From Mytilus trossulus (Eukaryota), in the NCBI RefSeq assembly GCF_036588685.1, contig NC_086373.1, forward strand, positions 90,954,001-91,018,000: 64,000 nt of DNA. The letters run 5' to 3'. A program made the translations under genes and the position numbers. The first letter of the stretch is position 1, and each line of letters begins with the position of its first letter. A model generated the notes under the pieces. The model had not been told where the DNA came from. It was given only the letters and a program-made list of their open reading frames with translations, and ran no database searches. This document shows positions 27,399 to 39,407 of the stretch, piece after piece.

Positions 27399-30300
27399 TT
27401 ACTTTCAATATATGTCAATTGAAAAGCAAACGTACATAAGAGTAGGCTAAAACAAAGTGGGGATTTAAGTTTTACATATGAAAAAACAATAGGACCATTA
27501 ACATTACCCTTAGTTATGTATTTGCGTGCTTTATTTTTATAATATATCAAGATTCCAATCATTAAAAAATTGTCCCAAAACATAGTTAACGAATAAATGA
27601 ATAGTGTATCCGATTGGCAGCATTTAAATGAAATGCCCAGTCTGCTATTTGAAAGAGATATTATTTTATCGCAAATAAAAAAATAACATTTTTTGTCTGT
27701 ATTTCCCAGAGTCAGTGAGAAATTTGTGTACCATAATAAAAAATTGCGATAATCGTATAATAATTTTGGTATTTTATGAGCAGCATGTACTCTATTTCAT
27801 TTTTTACAAAACCTCAATGTTTAAAATCAATGCTTTTATCTTCATCAAATTAGTTGTTTACCGCAGATTGCAGGATTCATGCAACTGTGATTACATAACA
27901 GTAGTCGAGTTAAATGTAATATCTAGTTTCTATTATCTAATCACCATTTTTTTTATTAAAAATTCTAAATTACGTGTAAAAATTACTTTATACACCCAGC
28001 ATGCTTTGATCATTGAACGCAGCAGAGTACATATTAAACAAATCACTCCAACAGTTAAAAGAGTAAAGAAATTATCAAAACTCTACCGCTGATGGTCGAC
28101 TATAATGTGTCTCGATGGTATCATAGCCAATGGTTAAGTACTGTGGCCTTACATGCTTTAATTGCAACGGTGAGTCTATAAGTTTCTAGATCGTCGGTCG
28201 CAACTCTATCTAAGAAGCTTTTAACCAATTTTGTGAGACCATTTTGACTTTTCTGTTTACATCCTTTTTGATTTTCTGTTTCAATTAGACTCGTTTGACT
28301 GTTCTGTTTACATTCTTTTCTATGTTCTGTTTAGACTCTTTTGACTGTTTTGTCTACATTCCTAATGAATGTTCTATTTAGACTTTTTGGTTTTTTTTTT
28401 CGTCCTTTCTGATATTCTGTTTATACTCTTCTGGCTAGTTTGGTAAGACAATTTTTAATCTTGTGCACTTTTACTTTTGAAATTTTGTATTTCAAACTTT
28501 TTGTGTCGAGTGTACGTAACTAAGATTTATTTTTATGTAAAACGGAATCGTATCTTTGTTTTCTAAAATTGTACTGCAAGCTGAACTTGTAAATGTACTT
28601 CTTAGTAATTATATTGATGGGTATCTAGCAATGTTGGTAAAACATCTTACAAATGACACTGAAAGTAACTTATATAAACAGGAAGAAGTTGTTTTATTTT
28701 TTTATTTTATACAAAAAAATATAAACGACCAATTAGTTTTTAACTGATGGAATAAAAGCTATCGTGTGTTACAGGAATGAGTTGATGTTAATCTGAAGTA
28801 GCCATTTCTTCATTATTTTGACGATTTTTTTCAGATTCAATGTTGTGAAAGCGTGTATTTGGTACAAAAACATAAAGGTTTAAGGATTAAGTGTAGTGAC
28901 AGCTTAAAATGGCACACGAACGAACTATTTATTTTAACTAGAAGTAGCTATTAGCTCTTTTATCTTTGATAATTTTATTTCGACTATTTTGAATATCATT
29001 AATGAAATTCGGCTTTTTCTTTAGAATAATATTTTTTTGTATTGAAAATCATCTTGACGATACAAACTGTCTTCAAGTCTTATATTTCATTATATTTGCA
29101 AATTGATAATCAAACATATCTTCCAGTCACGATACAACAAATAAATATCTTCAGACGGTGTCTTACCCTAGAGAATACTCCTAAGTGATGATATTTTCAT
29201 CAAGACTCCCATGATAAATATGTTTCGAAACTTTGTTGTCTACGTAAGTTAATTTCTAGTAGACGTTTGTCAATAGAAATGCAAATATTCTATAACAAAA
29301 TCAGAAAATTTGTGTTTGCTTGTCAATGGGACAAATATCCACTAAAGCAAACGACTTCAACAGCCAGTCATGAGATATTTAAAAGTAGAAACAAACATGC
29401 TAACATTAGACCTTTAACACTATGCAAAAACGTCATGAAAGCAAGCTGTGTAATGACATTATTAGAACTTTAACAATAAGCAAAGACGTGTTCTAGAAAG
29501 TAAACTTTAATTTGCCTTTAGAAAACAAAATGTTAAACATTGACTTTCGGTCTTATTTTAGTCAATATATCACATAAGACCAAGAACTGATGTAACTGAT
29601 ATCTAAACAGAAACCAATCAAAAATAAATGTTGATCTTGCCAGGACAAATTATTTTTTTCAATGGGAATATGTAATGGTATGGCTTTATTGGAGATGGTA
29701 CTTTATATAGTATATGAGGTATCATAGTCTGCATGTTGTCAAGTATAAAGATCGTTGATATTGGCCTAGCCTATGTAAAATTAAGAATGAAAATGGGAAA
29801 TGTGTCAAAGAGACAACAACCCGATATAAGATAACAATTGGAAGGCCACCAACGGGTCTTTGACACAGCGAGAACATATCAGCCCGGAAGCGGGCTTCAG
29901 TTCACTCTAAAATAAAAATGTGTACTAGATCCTTGAATATGGACGTCGTAATAATCTCCAAAACATTATATAAAAAGATGCTCCTGACTTGTGACAGGCG
30001 CAAAAATACGGCGGGGTTAAAAATGTTTTGCGAGATGTGTATATGAAGAAAAGAAACGCGAACTAAAGTGGAAATTCAGACAAGCTTGGAGGCGTCAGAT
30101 TTTTTTGTTTTTTGTTTGCTGTACTGAGTTGGTCCGTTTCGTGTGTTAATGACCTATAGAAATGAATTTCGGTCGGTATTTTTTTCCAATAGGGATGTTT
30201 AACCATTTTACCAAATGAATGTCAATGCATTATGGAAACCAAAATATCTTTTATCTAACAACTGTATAGCATTATTTTCTAATGTTTTTTTATTTGTTGC

Positions 30301-31179
30301 CTTCATTGCGAGTCATTATTAACAGTTTGTCAAGACAATACCAACTTCCTATAAATTGTTAAAGATAAGGCGCCAATCTAAAATCCTTTTTCGTGGTATG
30401 AAGGAAGTATGACATTATCAAATGTTATTTATTTAGTTCTGCAAATCTGAGAATAAAGTCCGATAATAAATTCCATAAAGTTTGGTTGCATAACATTTAT
30501 CTCTTTGTTGAATGACAGTAGATTCTTTCAAAAGAAGTATGCAAGCTTAAATTCCTAAGATGTCTGTATTTGCGCGACTTATCTGTGACACAAAAATATA
30601 CTACCTTTAGGAGAGTGAGATCAATTATATTTTTCTCTCCTTTTTCACTATTTATTAGAGTTAACGTAAGTTGATTCAGAGAAGTCATCAACTACTAGAA
30701 ATAATAATGACTTCAATAACATCTAGTAACTGGTCTAGCAGGATAATGATTAACAACATGTCTTGTCAAAAATGTTCTTCCTTTTTATATTTTCTCCCTG
30801 ACTTGAAAATTTACTTCATCTTTAGTTTATATACATTAAAGACATTAACTTTATCATATAATGAACATGTTAAATTTTTATTTCTAGGTGACTGATTAGT
30901 TCTACAATTTTGCACTATCAAATATATCTTGAAAATTCTTTTACTGGTAATAACAAATTCTCCGATAACAATATGCCACTTTTAAATAGCAGAGAATGTT
31001 ATCGAATAATTGTTTTGTGTCTTTAACTCTTCGAAGAAAAGACTGCAACTTAATAAAGACATTAAGATATCAAAAAGATATAGATTGGTTTTGATACTTT
31101 ACTTTTATGGAACTAATAAAAAATAAGACGATAAAGCTTTTCTATTTGAAACGTTTATAGATGGCGCTTTGATTTAGTA

Positions 31180-31651
31180 CAGTCCTTGGATGGTGTAAAC
31201 TTCCCACTAACACCATACACCATAACACCATACACCATACACCATACACCATTATACCATACACCTTGTACCATTACACCATACACGTTACACCTTTGCA
31301 CCATACACCTTACACCATACACCATACACCATTACCCATTATATCTACACGATCCGAATTACCCATAATTCAATTAAATTTCCAATATTGTGATTATTAT
31401 TATTGTTTATGTATACAATTTGAAAAAACTAAATAAAAAGAACTTCGTTTTCAAGTAATGAAATGTCGTACACCATCATTTACACCATTCCCGATCACAC
31501 GTTACACAATCACACCATTCCTCTTACACCATTACACCATTCCCCTTACACCATAAACCATAGCACCATACACCTTACACCATTGCACCATACACCTTAC
31601 ACCATTACACCATACACGTTTTTTTGGGAAGTTTACACCATCCGAGGGCTG
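31180..31651. mobile_element. Tc1/mariner-type MITE filled with (ACACCAT)n-like microsatellite
   Basis: TA|cagtccttggatggtgtaaacttccca … tgggaagtttacaccatccgagggctg|TA. The homologous site in copy 1 (gatttagtagtt, ~12232) is empty. Confidence 0.9.
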
Positions 31652-34114
31652 TAGTTAACGTGCTATGGCTGAGTAGAAATACGTAGTTCGGTCCAGAGAT
31701 TGCATTTAACGTTTTATATGGTACTTTCCACATGGAGCAATTATTCGGAAACAAAAACATACGGTAAGAACTTATGAGTTTAGAGTTTGAAATTGTACAG
31801 GAAAGCATGAACAAGTTTTTTTCCCGTTATGTGTGTACAGCAGACGAACATTTTTTTTCTAGAAAAGACTCATCAGTGGCACTTGACTCAAAAAAGTTAA
31901 AAGCCAAAAAGAGTAAGAATTTGAGGAACAGAGAAGATCCAAAATTCCGAAGCGTTTTGCCAAGTACGTATAACTAACATAAAATATACGTCCTGGTTTT
32001 TGCAAAATGCAGCTAAGATTCCTAGGATAAAAAATCATGTGATTTTCTTGTTTTTACATTTATCTCATTTCCATCTTCCCACAAGAAAAAAATAACACAC
32101 AAACAAAAATCAGAGACAAAAAACACCTGACCTCGTGATATTTATAGTCGTATGTTTCACCACACAAGAGTCATTAATTTTGTTTACTCATTTCTATGAT
32201 AAAAACGTTATAATAAAAGTGATCTTACATAGAATTTACGATAAACAAAACATTCTCTCTTTATTAGTATCCGTTTTTCATTAAGTAATGAACGTCCATT
32301 GCCCAAATCATATGTACAAGTGACTGGGAACAATGTTGATATTAATAAAGTAACATGGACTCGCTTTGATCAATCAAAAAAAGATTGAAGCAACATGCTT
32401 CAACTATAATGTTGAGTGATTGTGGTTATGCATAGGCAAACAAGCATAGTGGCATCAAGATCAGAATCATACTGATGTGTATAATCTTTTGAGAAATGAA
32501 CTGACTGTAATTACGTCATCCATATTGCTTTTTACTTATAAGTTCTTTCAGCAGTCAATGTAGTTTGACAGGTGTCATTTTTCAATTAACTTGTCTTTTT
32601 TGACTCAACAAAACACAATAGTTAGTAAGCACTATGAAAAGTACTTATACTAAATACAGCATTTACTTGTATTATCTAAAGTGTTTGGTAGTTTGAAATG
32701 TTGCAGTTACAGGTTTTGACAGGTCTTATTACGTGAAATATATTTTTTTTTGTAACAAATACCATTGACAGGTTTCATTAAAGAAACAATTGGAAAGTCT
32801 TAAAAGCTATTTCTGGTTTACGGGATTTTTACGGAATCGGCTTCTACAAAAACTCTGCTTCTCATATAAGCCATAAACGGTATTAGCATGAAAACGCGCG
32901 TCTGATGTGACAATTTATAAGGCTTGAACCTTATGAGTTTTAACGTATGAATCATGAATCACACTTAACCACAAAGTTCAACTCAAATAACTCATTTATA
33001 GGAAATGAAATGTCGCATCGAGTACAAAAGAGAATAAAACAGTGTTTAATTTTACAATAAACCTCAATTGTTATTGGTGATAAATTTTCCCTTCAACAAT
33101 AAATTAAAATAAATCTTTGATGACAAGTTTTCTCAAATAAAAATACTCTCCAAACGTGATCTGACTTAATTATTGGATCATTATTACATTAAAATTAGAA
33201 TGAACTCTCACAGTAATCTCTCAGGATGATTCTTTTTGACAAAGATTACTGAAAATTAAAAAAAAATGTAAATTATTTGCACAAACGCTTTTAAAGCAAA
33301 AGGTGGTATTGAAAGCAAATATTGTGAGAAAACTAAATGCCTAAACAAAAGATACCATTATATATCAAGGCAAAAAATAATTCCTCCTTAGAATAATCAA
33401 GTTTTTGTAAAGTGCTGTCATCTTTGTGCATATTCTCAGAAATGGCAACACAAACCCAAGAGACCCAAAAGATAAGAAGATGAATATTTTACAACCACAT
33501 AAGTCACATAACGAGATGTCATACACGAAGAAAAAGAAGGGAATTGGTGCTACAAAAAGTAGAGAAATCCGTGGTCTGTGTGACAATACATCCAATAACG
33601 ACCGACCATAAGATATAATCGAACATTGTCCTTTCTAGAGTCCCGGCAAGGAAAACAAACTTTAAAACATCTTTCGCTGATAGCATAATTATTGGATAGC
33701 TTTTAAAACAGAATTACAGATTCGTGAAAATTTTAAAATAAGACAGATGTTCCGACATTTGAAGAAAGGGAAAACTGCAAGTTTATTGCAACAGAACAAA
33801 CGATATCCATAAAAATGCAAATAAAACACGAATTTCAAATGCTATCCAAAATTATCACAAACTATAGAGTGAACATTCAATCATCATAGTACAGAAAACG
33901 TGGTCTAGAACACCAATAAAACCAATTGAACTATTTTACAATCGTCGTACAACAGAGAATAATTGGGAGAATACCTGTAAATCAATCAGGAAAATGTCTG
34001 AGTCATACGGAAATATATTCAAATAGACTTCTCGGCGAACTGTAAGGAGACCCATACTAAGGTAGGAAGGAGGCCCATACTAAGATGGGAGGAAACGATG
34101 TTTATTTGGAAAAT

Positions 34115-34288
34115 TACCTGAGATCACCTCTAGTTTTTGATGGGGTTCGTGTTGTTTATTTGTTAGTTTTTTATGTTGTGTCATATGTACTATTGTTTGT
34201 TTGTCTTTTTCAATTTAAGCCATGGCGTTGTCAGTTTGTTTTAGATTCATGAGTTTGACTGTCCCTTTGGTATCTTTCGTCCCTCTTT
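34115..34288 (+). mobile_element. Solo 3' tail of the same Penelope-like family
   Basis: Reverse complement of ~43966-44140 (…gtccctttggtatctttcgtccctctttta). Confidence 0.8.
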
Positions 34289-35640
34289 TAAATACGCAGC
34301 CCCGAAATTGGAACGTTGAATTATACGCATCGAGAACGTATGTCTAGTGTTATGATATCATGCAGTTATAAAAACAGCGTAGCAACTCTTTGAGGGGACC
34401 AGTATGTGGCAAGTTTCCGGTTTCAATCTAACATACTCTGTTTTTTACGAGGCAGTTTAGACATTATAGCCCGTCATCATGGTCAACCAAATTTGACTTT
34501 ATATGTTTTAGTTCTCCATGAAAAATTAGTTGACACTATTTTTAAGAAAAAAATAGTTTAATTACACAATATTGTGATTTCATGTAATATATCCTTATCA
34601 AAATGATGATTTTTGTTTTATACATATAAAAACCTGATGAATTTAAGATGATGTATAAAGCTAAAAATCCCAATGGTTAAGGTAATGTGAATGTGATGTA
34701 AATGAATTGTTTTTATATTGTAATAATGATTAGTAAGAAATGATCTTCTGAACCCTGACAAATCACGATAAATATTATCTTCCTTACTATAGCGATGGAG
34801 CTGTATCATACAATAATAAATGCGTCAGTGAACAAAACAATGGCATTAATCACAGTAAAACATACATTTACCACGTAAAATCAATTTCATTTCCGCTGAT
34901 TACCCACACGCAATCCTATAACGAAAGCTGTATCAATGCGCAATCGGTTATAAATTATAATTTGATACTATAACAACCAAAAAGCAGTTTAGATTTGTTG
35001 AAATTTCATGTATATGGAATGATAACTGCAATTGCTATGGTTTGATTGATTTTAAGGCCATAAACTCTTCAATGCCGTCTAGTCAAAAAGGCAAATATAA
35101 ATTGATTGCATATACTAGTACATCAATTGCACATGTACTTTTGTATTATTACGTTTTTGCTACTCAAATGTATAATTGAAGTAACAATAGTTAAAATACT
35201 TTTATGCTTCAACAAAGACTGCATTAAAAACTGCTGCTAAGCACGTCAAGATTCCCACTTTGTATTAGCCACAAGTAGTATAATATAAAATTTAACCATG
35301 CCAATTTCGTTATATATATGCCTGAAGTAAATGCTGTACAAATGGTTCTTCTGACCTATGTTCTTACAACTGGTAAAAACTCGTTATCAATACTGCAACA
35401 AAAGTCTTAGATCGGCTACGTTCCTTTTAAAGTAAGTATCCCACTATTGACAGTTATAGTTGTCTAATACAAATTATTTAACCAAATCTGAGTTTTGCCA
35501 TTCTTTATTGAAATAAGGTGTGACAATATCTACTTCGGTCTTTACAATTCCTTTAAGTCATAACACTTACATCGGATTCACAAATTTGTGATGAAACGAA
35601 ATGTTTAAAGCCATTAAATGATTGTTTGATAATATACAAT

Positions 35641-35782
35641 GCACAAAACAAACTATCCAGGCTACCAACACAACATATACAGCATAACATAGAAAGGAAC
35701 AAAGCACAAAACAAACTATCCAGGCTACCAACACAACCTATACAGCATAACATAGAAAGGAACAAGGAACAAAACAAACTAT
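35641..35782. repeat. 63-bp tandem repeat x2.3
   Basis: gcacaaaacaaactatccaggctaccaacacaac at 35641 and 35704, plus a third partial copy. Confidence 0.9.
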
Positions 35783-36845
35783 TCATGACAACATGATATT
35801 GTTCAATGCACATGCATACTTTTAAATTAATAATTTCTGTTAAATTTGTTCTCGAGTCAGGACGATTTTCAGATGTACAAATTGTAATCAACTCTCTTTT
35901 GCTGAAGAACTTTTATTGGTAGAGGATTTTTCAAGGAAACACTCATGCCAAAAGTAACATTATATTAGTTTTTTTATAGTTACATCCAGGAGTAAGTGTC
36001 CACTCATGATCATTACTTAACCGGTCATAATCAGTACGATGTGTCTTTTGTCTTTTCGCTGCATTAAAATATGTCGATTGGGTATTTGATGCCATAATCA
36101 TCTTATTTTGACAGTTAGTTACTATGTTGTGCTCTACACTGATACAGGTTAAGCAAGTTCTGGGATATTGTATTAAGCTAATACATGTAAATGAAGGAAA
36201 TATTTGTTTTGAGGCAACACATATTAAAAGCTTCAGCTTAATATTGACATATCGTTATGATATGATTTATTACTCAAGAGAGATCATAGTGATTCTACAA
36301 TTATCAGAGTCAACCGCCCGAGTAAAATATTATATAAATTAATGATTGGTTATATCAAATACAATCAAATCTGACAGCATAGCTTAAAATCACATTCATA
36401 GTTGATTTATGTAGTTGACGGATTAGAACTCATTGTATACACTTAAAAGTAGTCAATGGAAATACGACATTTCGTAGTGGTCTTTTCTTATAACCTTTTT
36501 TTTACATTTAGTCTATGGAAGGAACATCCTGACTTTAACAGTACTTATAGAAACATAACAAAAAGAAACTTTAGGGCTGGCTATTTTTAGTTTATAAAAT
36601 ATGAAGGGTATAGTAATAGTAAGAGGGACATTCTGACTGTAACAGTGCTTATTGAAAAATGACAAAAAAAACTTTAGGACAGGCTATTTTTAGCTTATAA
36701 AATAGGGAGGGTATGGTAGGAGAAAACACACATCTTCTTTTATTTGGCCTGAGTGTCCCTTCCTTAATTTTTAGTTTTCTACTCCTTATTCGTATTCCTT
36801 GTCTTGGTTAAAGAGATGACGATTATAAAACCTTGAATTACTTAA

Positions 36846-37112
36846 GGTAGTACCAAACATTTTCGCTCGTTCAATGATTGTAAAATTTTTGACAAAATAT
36901 TTTCTTTGCCCCTTTGACAAAAATATAAGAATTTACCTAAAAAACTTGAATCACACACTTTAGCGGAACAAATTATTGAACATGTAGCAGTTTGATGCAA
37001 AAACACTTAAATTTTATTCATTGCGTGACTCAATAGTTTCTAACAATAGAACGCGATGAAAACGTTCAGCTGACTTTCACAGAGTTATCTCCCTGCAGTG
37101 TAATATACCAAC
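36846..37112. mobile_element. Degenerate TTAA-type MITE
   Basis: ttaaggtagtacc at the left end; degenerate right end cagagttatctccctgcagtgtaatataccaac. Confidence 0.45.
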
Positions 37113-37570
37113 TAAAACCTTCCATTTATTTGAACAGAGACTACTATATAGTAATATATAGTAGTCTCAAATTTGAGATAAAGTGTAAAATGATTATGAG
37201 GTTATTTCATATCTGTAATAGATATCATATATAATCTGTTAAATATTAGAAATGATGTGCAAGGCTATATAAACAAACGAGTCAGGTAACGTCCTGTTAG
37301 TATTCATGTATTTTTTTAAAGGACATTTCTATCTATTATTTGGTAAAATAATTCAATTCCTGTCACGTGACATACGTACTTGAACGTGTTCATATTTTCA
37401 TATTAGCAGGAATATCATGAAAAACATGCACGTAAGTATATGTATGTAAGTATTAGATTTGACAAAAAAAAATGAAAAGTTCCCTAGGAAATTCAATGAG
37501 TTAAGTCATTTACAGGTCTCTATATACGGGCACAAACATGCAGGAAGTAATTTAGTGTTATATATATACA

Positions 37571-38853
37571 TTACATTTATTTGTAGGATCCTTTACTATA
37601 AATAATTTAGCTGATCTGTAAGAATAACATCTGCATGCCTTATATATCATGTACTATAGTACGGCGCTATATTAAAACTGACGTGGAAATGTAACACCCG
37701 ACCACCGAAAACTTATTTTTTATGAAGCCCAGTTGGTCGTGTGGTCTAGCGCTACGGTTACAGTGCAGGCGATTTGATGTCACGGTATCTCAGTAGCATG
37801 GGTTCGAATCCCGGCGAGGGAAGAACCAGATCTAACATTGTTGGGTTGATGTTTAGACGAGTTGTATATATATATATATATATATATATAAGTACGTCTG
37901 AGTCAATGACAACTCTACAACAGATGTATCCATCGGATCACCAGCAATGATGATGATACATGACTGTGTACATTATGTATATACAACTCGTCTAAACATC
38001 AACCCAACAATGTTAGATCTGTAAATTTGCTTTCACAAATTTTTGGCTCTTCCCTCGCCAGGATTTGAACCCATGTTACTGTGATATCGTGACACCAAAT
38101 CGCCTACACTGTATCCGATGCGCTAGACCACTCGACCACCTTGGCTTCCCAATAATAAAGCTTTCGGTGGCTGAGTGTTACCTATATATATATATATATA
38201 TAAGGTAACATATGGCCACCGAAAGCTCTTTTTTGAGAGCCCAGGTGGTCGTGTGGTCTAGCGGGACGGCTGCAGTGCAGGCGATTTGGTGTCACGATAT
38301 CACAGTAGCATGGGTTCGAATCCCGGCGAGGGAAGAACCAAAAATTTGCGAAAGCAAATTTACAGATCTAACATTGTTGGGTTGATGTTTAGACGAGTTG
38401 TATATACATTATGTACACAGCCATGTATCAATATCATTGGTGGCGATCCGATGGATACATCTGTTGTAGGGTTGTCACTGACTCAGACGTACTTATGAAT
38501 ATAATTATTTTCTGTGACTGTATCTTACATTAATTTGTAGGATCCTTTACTATAGATAATTTAGCTGATCTGTAACAATAACATCTTCATGCCTTATATA
38601 TCATGTACTGTAGTACGCCGCTAGATTAAAACTGACGTGGAAAGGTAACATATGGCCACCGAAAGCTCTTTTTTGAGAGCCCAGGTGGTCGTGTGGTCTA
38701 GCGGGACGGCTGCAGTGCAGGCGATTTGGTGTCACGATATCACAGTAGCATGGGTTCGAATCCCGGCGAGGGAAGAACCAAAAATTTGCGAAAGCAAATT
38801 TACAGATCTAACATTGTTGATGTTTAGACGAGTTGTATATAATATATATATAT
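37571..38853. repeat. Cluster of 440-bp tRNA-headed (Pol III A/B box) repeats in +,-,+,+ orientation, joined by (TA)n
   Basis: A-box-like tggtcgtgtggtctagcg and B-box gggttcgaatccc at ~37727(+), ~38147(-), 38239(+) and 38679(+). The last two are exactly 440 bp apart. (TA)n runs at ~37865-37890, 38184-38202 and ~38843-38853. Confidence 0.85.
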
Positions 38854-39407
38854 AGTGAGAGAGGGATAGTTAATATAGTATAAAATATTTAATTTTGCGC
38901 AACATGCGTGCAAAATAAAATTGTTATATATCAATTATGAAACATGACACAACGCACTATATTGTCATGATTGTATTATCTCCATTATTTTCATATTAGA
39001 AAAGGAAACAAGCCAAAAACTTACTGCATCGATCGTCAGAAAAAATAATAAAATGTGGCCTGGTGTCATGGAATCTTACAAAAAAACTTTTTATAACGTT
39101 TCTTTAATTTAGACAGCTGACGATAACAACTTAAAAAAACGGAATCTAACGATGTTTATAAAGTTCAATACTTGGCAGTTAGCTATATCATCAAAAGGAA
39201 TTTCAAAAAGACCAATCCTATCCACCTATGTTCAATTGTGCATGAATGAATTTGAACCTTAGTTCCGATTTAATCATATATATGACCAGGTATGTCAAAA
39301 ATTATGTCAATGCTGAAGAACTGACTCCTGAGCCTATTTATTCTCATTTCAAGAGAATTGCTTTAATTACAAGTACTTGTACTATTTTCATTCTTTTTCA
39401 TTCAGAG

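Larger units (their letters stand above)
23310..33470. repeat. Tandem segmental unit, copy 3 (5' block missing, several MITE insertions)
   Basis: Begins at tggatgctggaacagga (homologous to ~15325) and ends in sequence homologous to 13650-13780. Confidence 0.9.

Noticed and set aside
27715-28092. 125-aa plus-strand ORF as a real gene
   Set aside because: Interrupted by stops and an indel in copy 2, has no recognisable domain, and reads like the antisense shadow of the minus frame.
31186-31654. His/Thr/Pro/Tyr-rich ORFs; telomere-like repeat
   Set aside because: These are translations of the MITE microsatellite, and the motif is not TTAGGG.
38239-38334. Functional tRNA gene
   Set aside because: A and B boxes are present but no consistent cloverleaf or acceptor stem forms, and it is embedded in a 440-bp repeat.
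38632-38666. Hammerhead core in the 440-bp repeat (ctgacg…cgaaa)
   Set aside because: Lacks the full CUGANGA and a stem I/III arrangement.
37474-39009. kB-like (gggaactttt, minus ~37474-37483) and ISRE-like (gaaaaggaaac, ~38999) sites near the cGLR gene
   Set aside because: Short degenerate matches are expected by chance in AT-rich DNA, and the TSS is unknown.
39246-39407. N-terminal 54 aa of the 904-aa ORF
   Set aside because: Overlaps a polypyrimidine tract and CAG acceptor, so most likely an intron that is open by chance.
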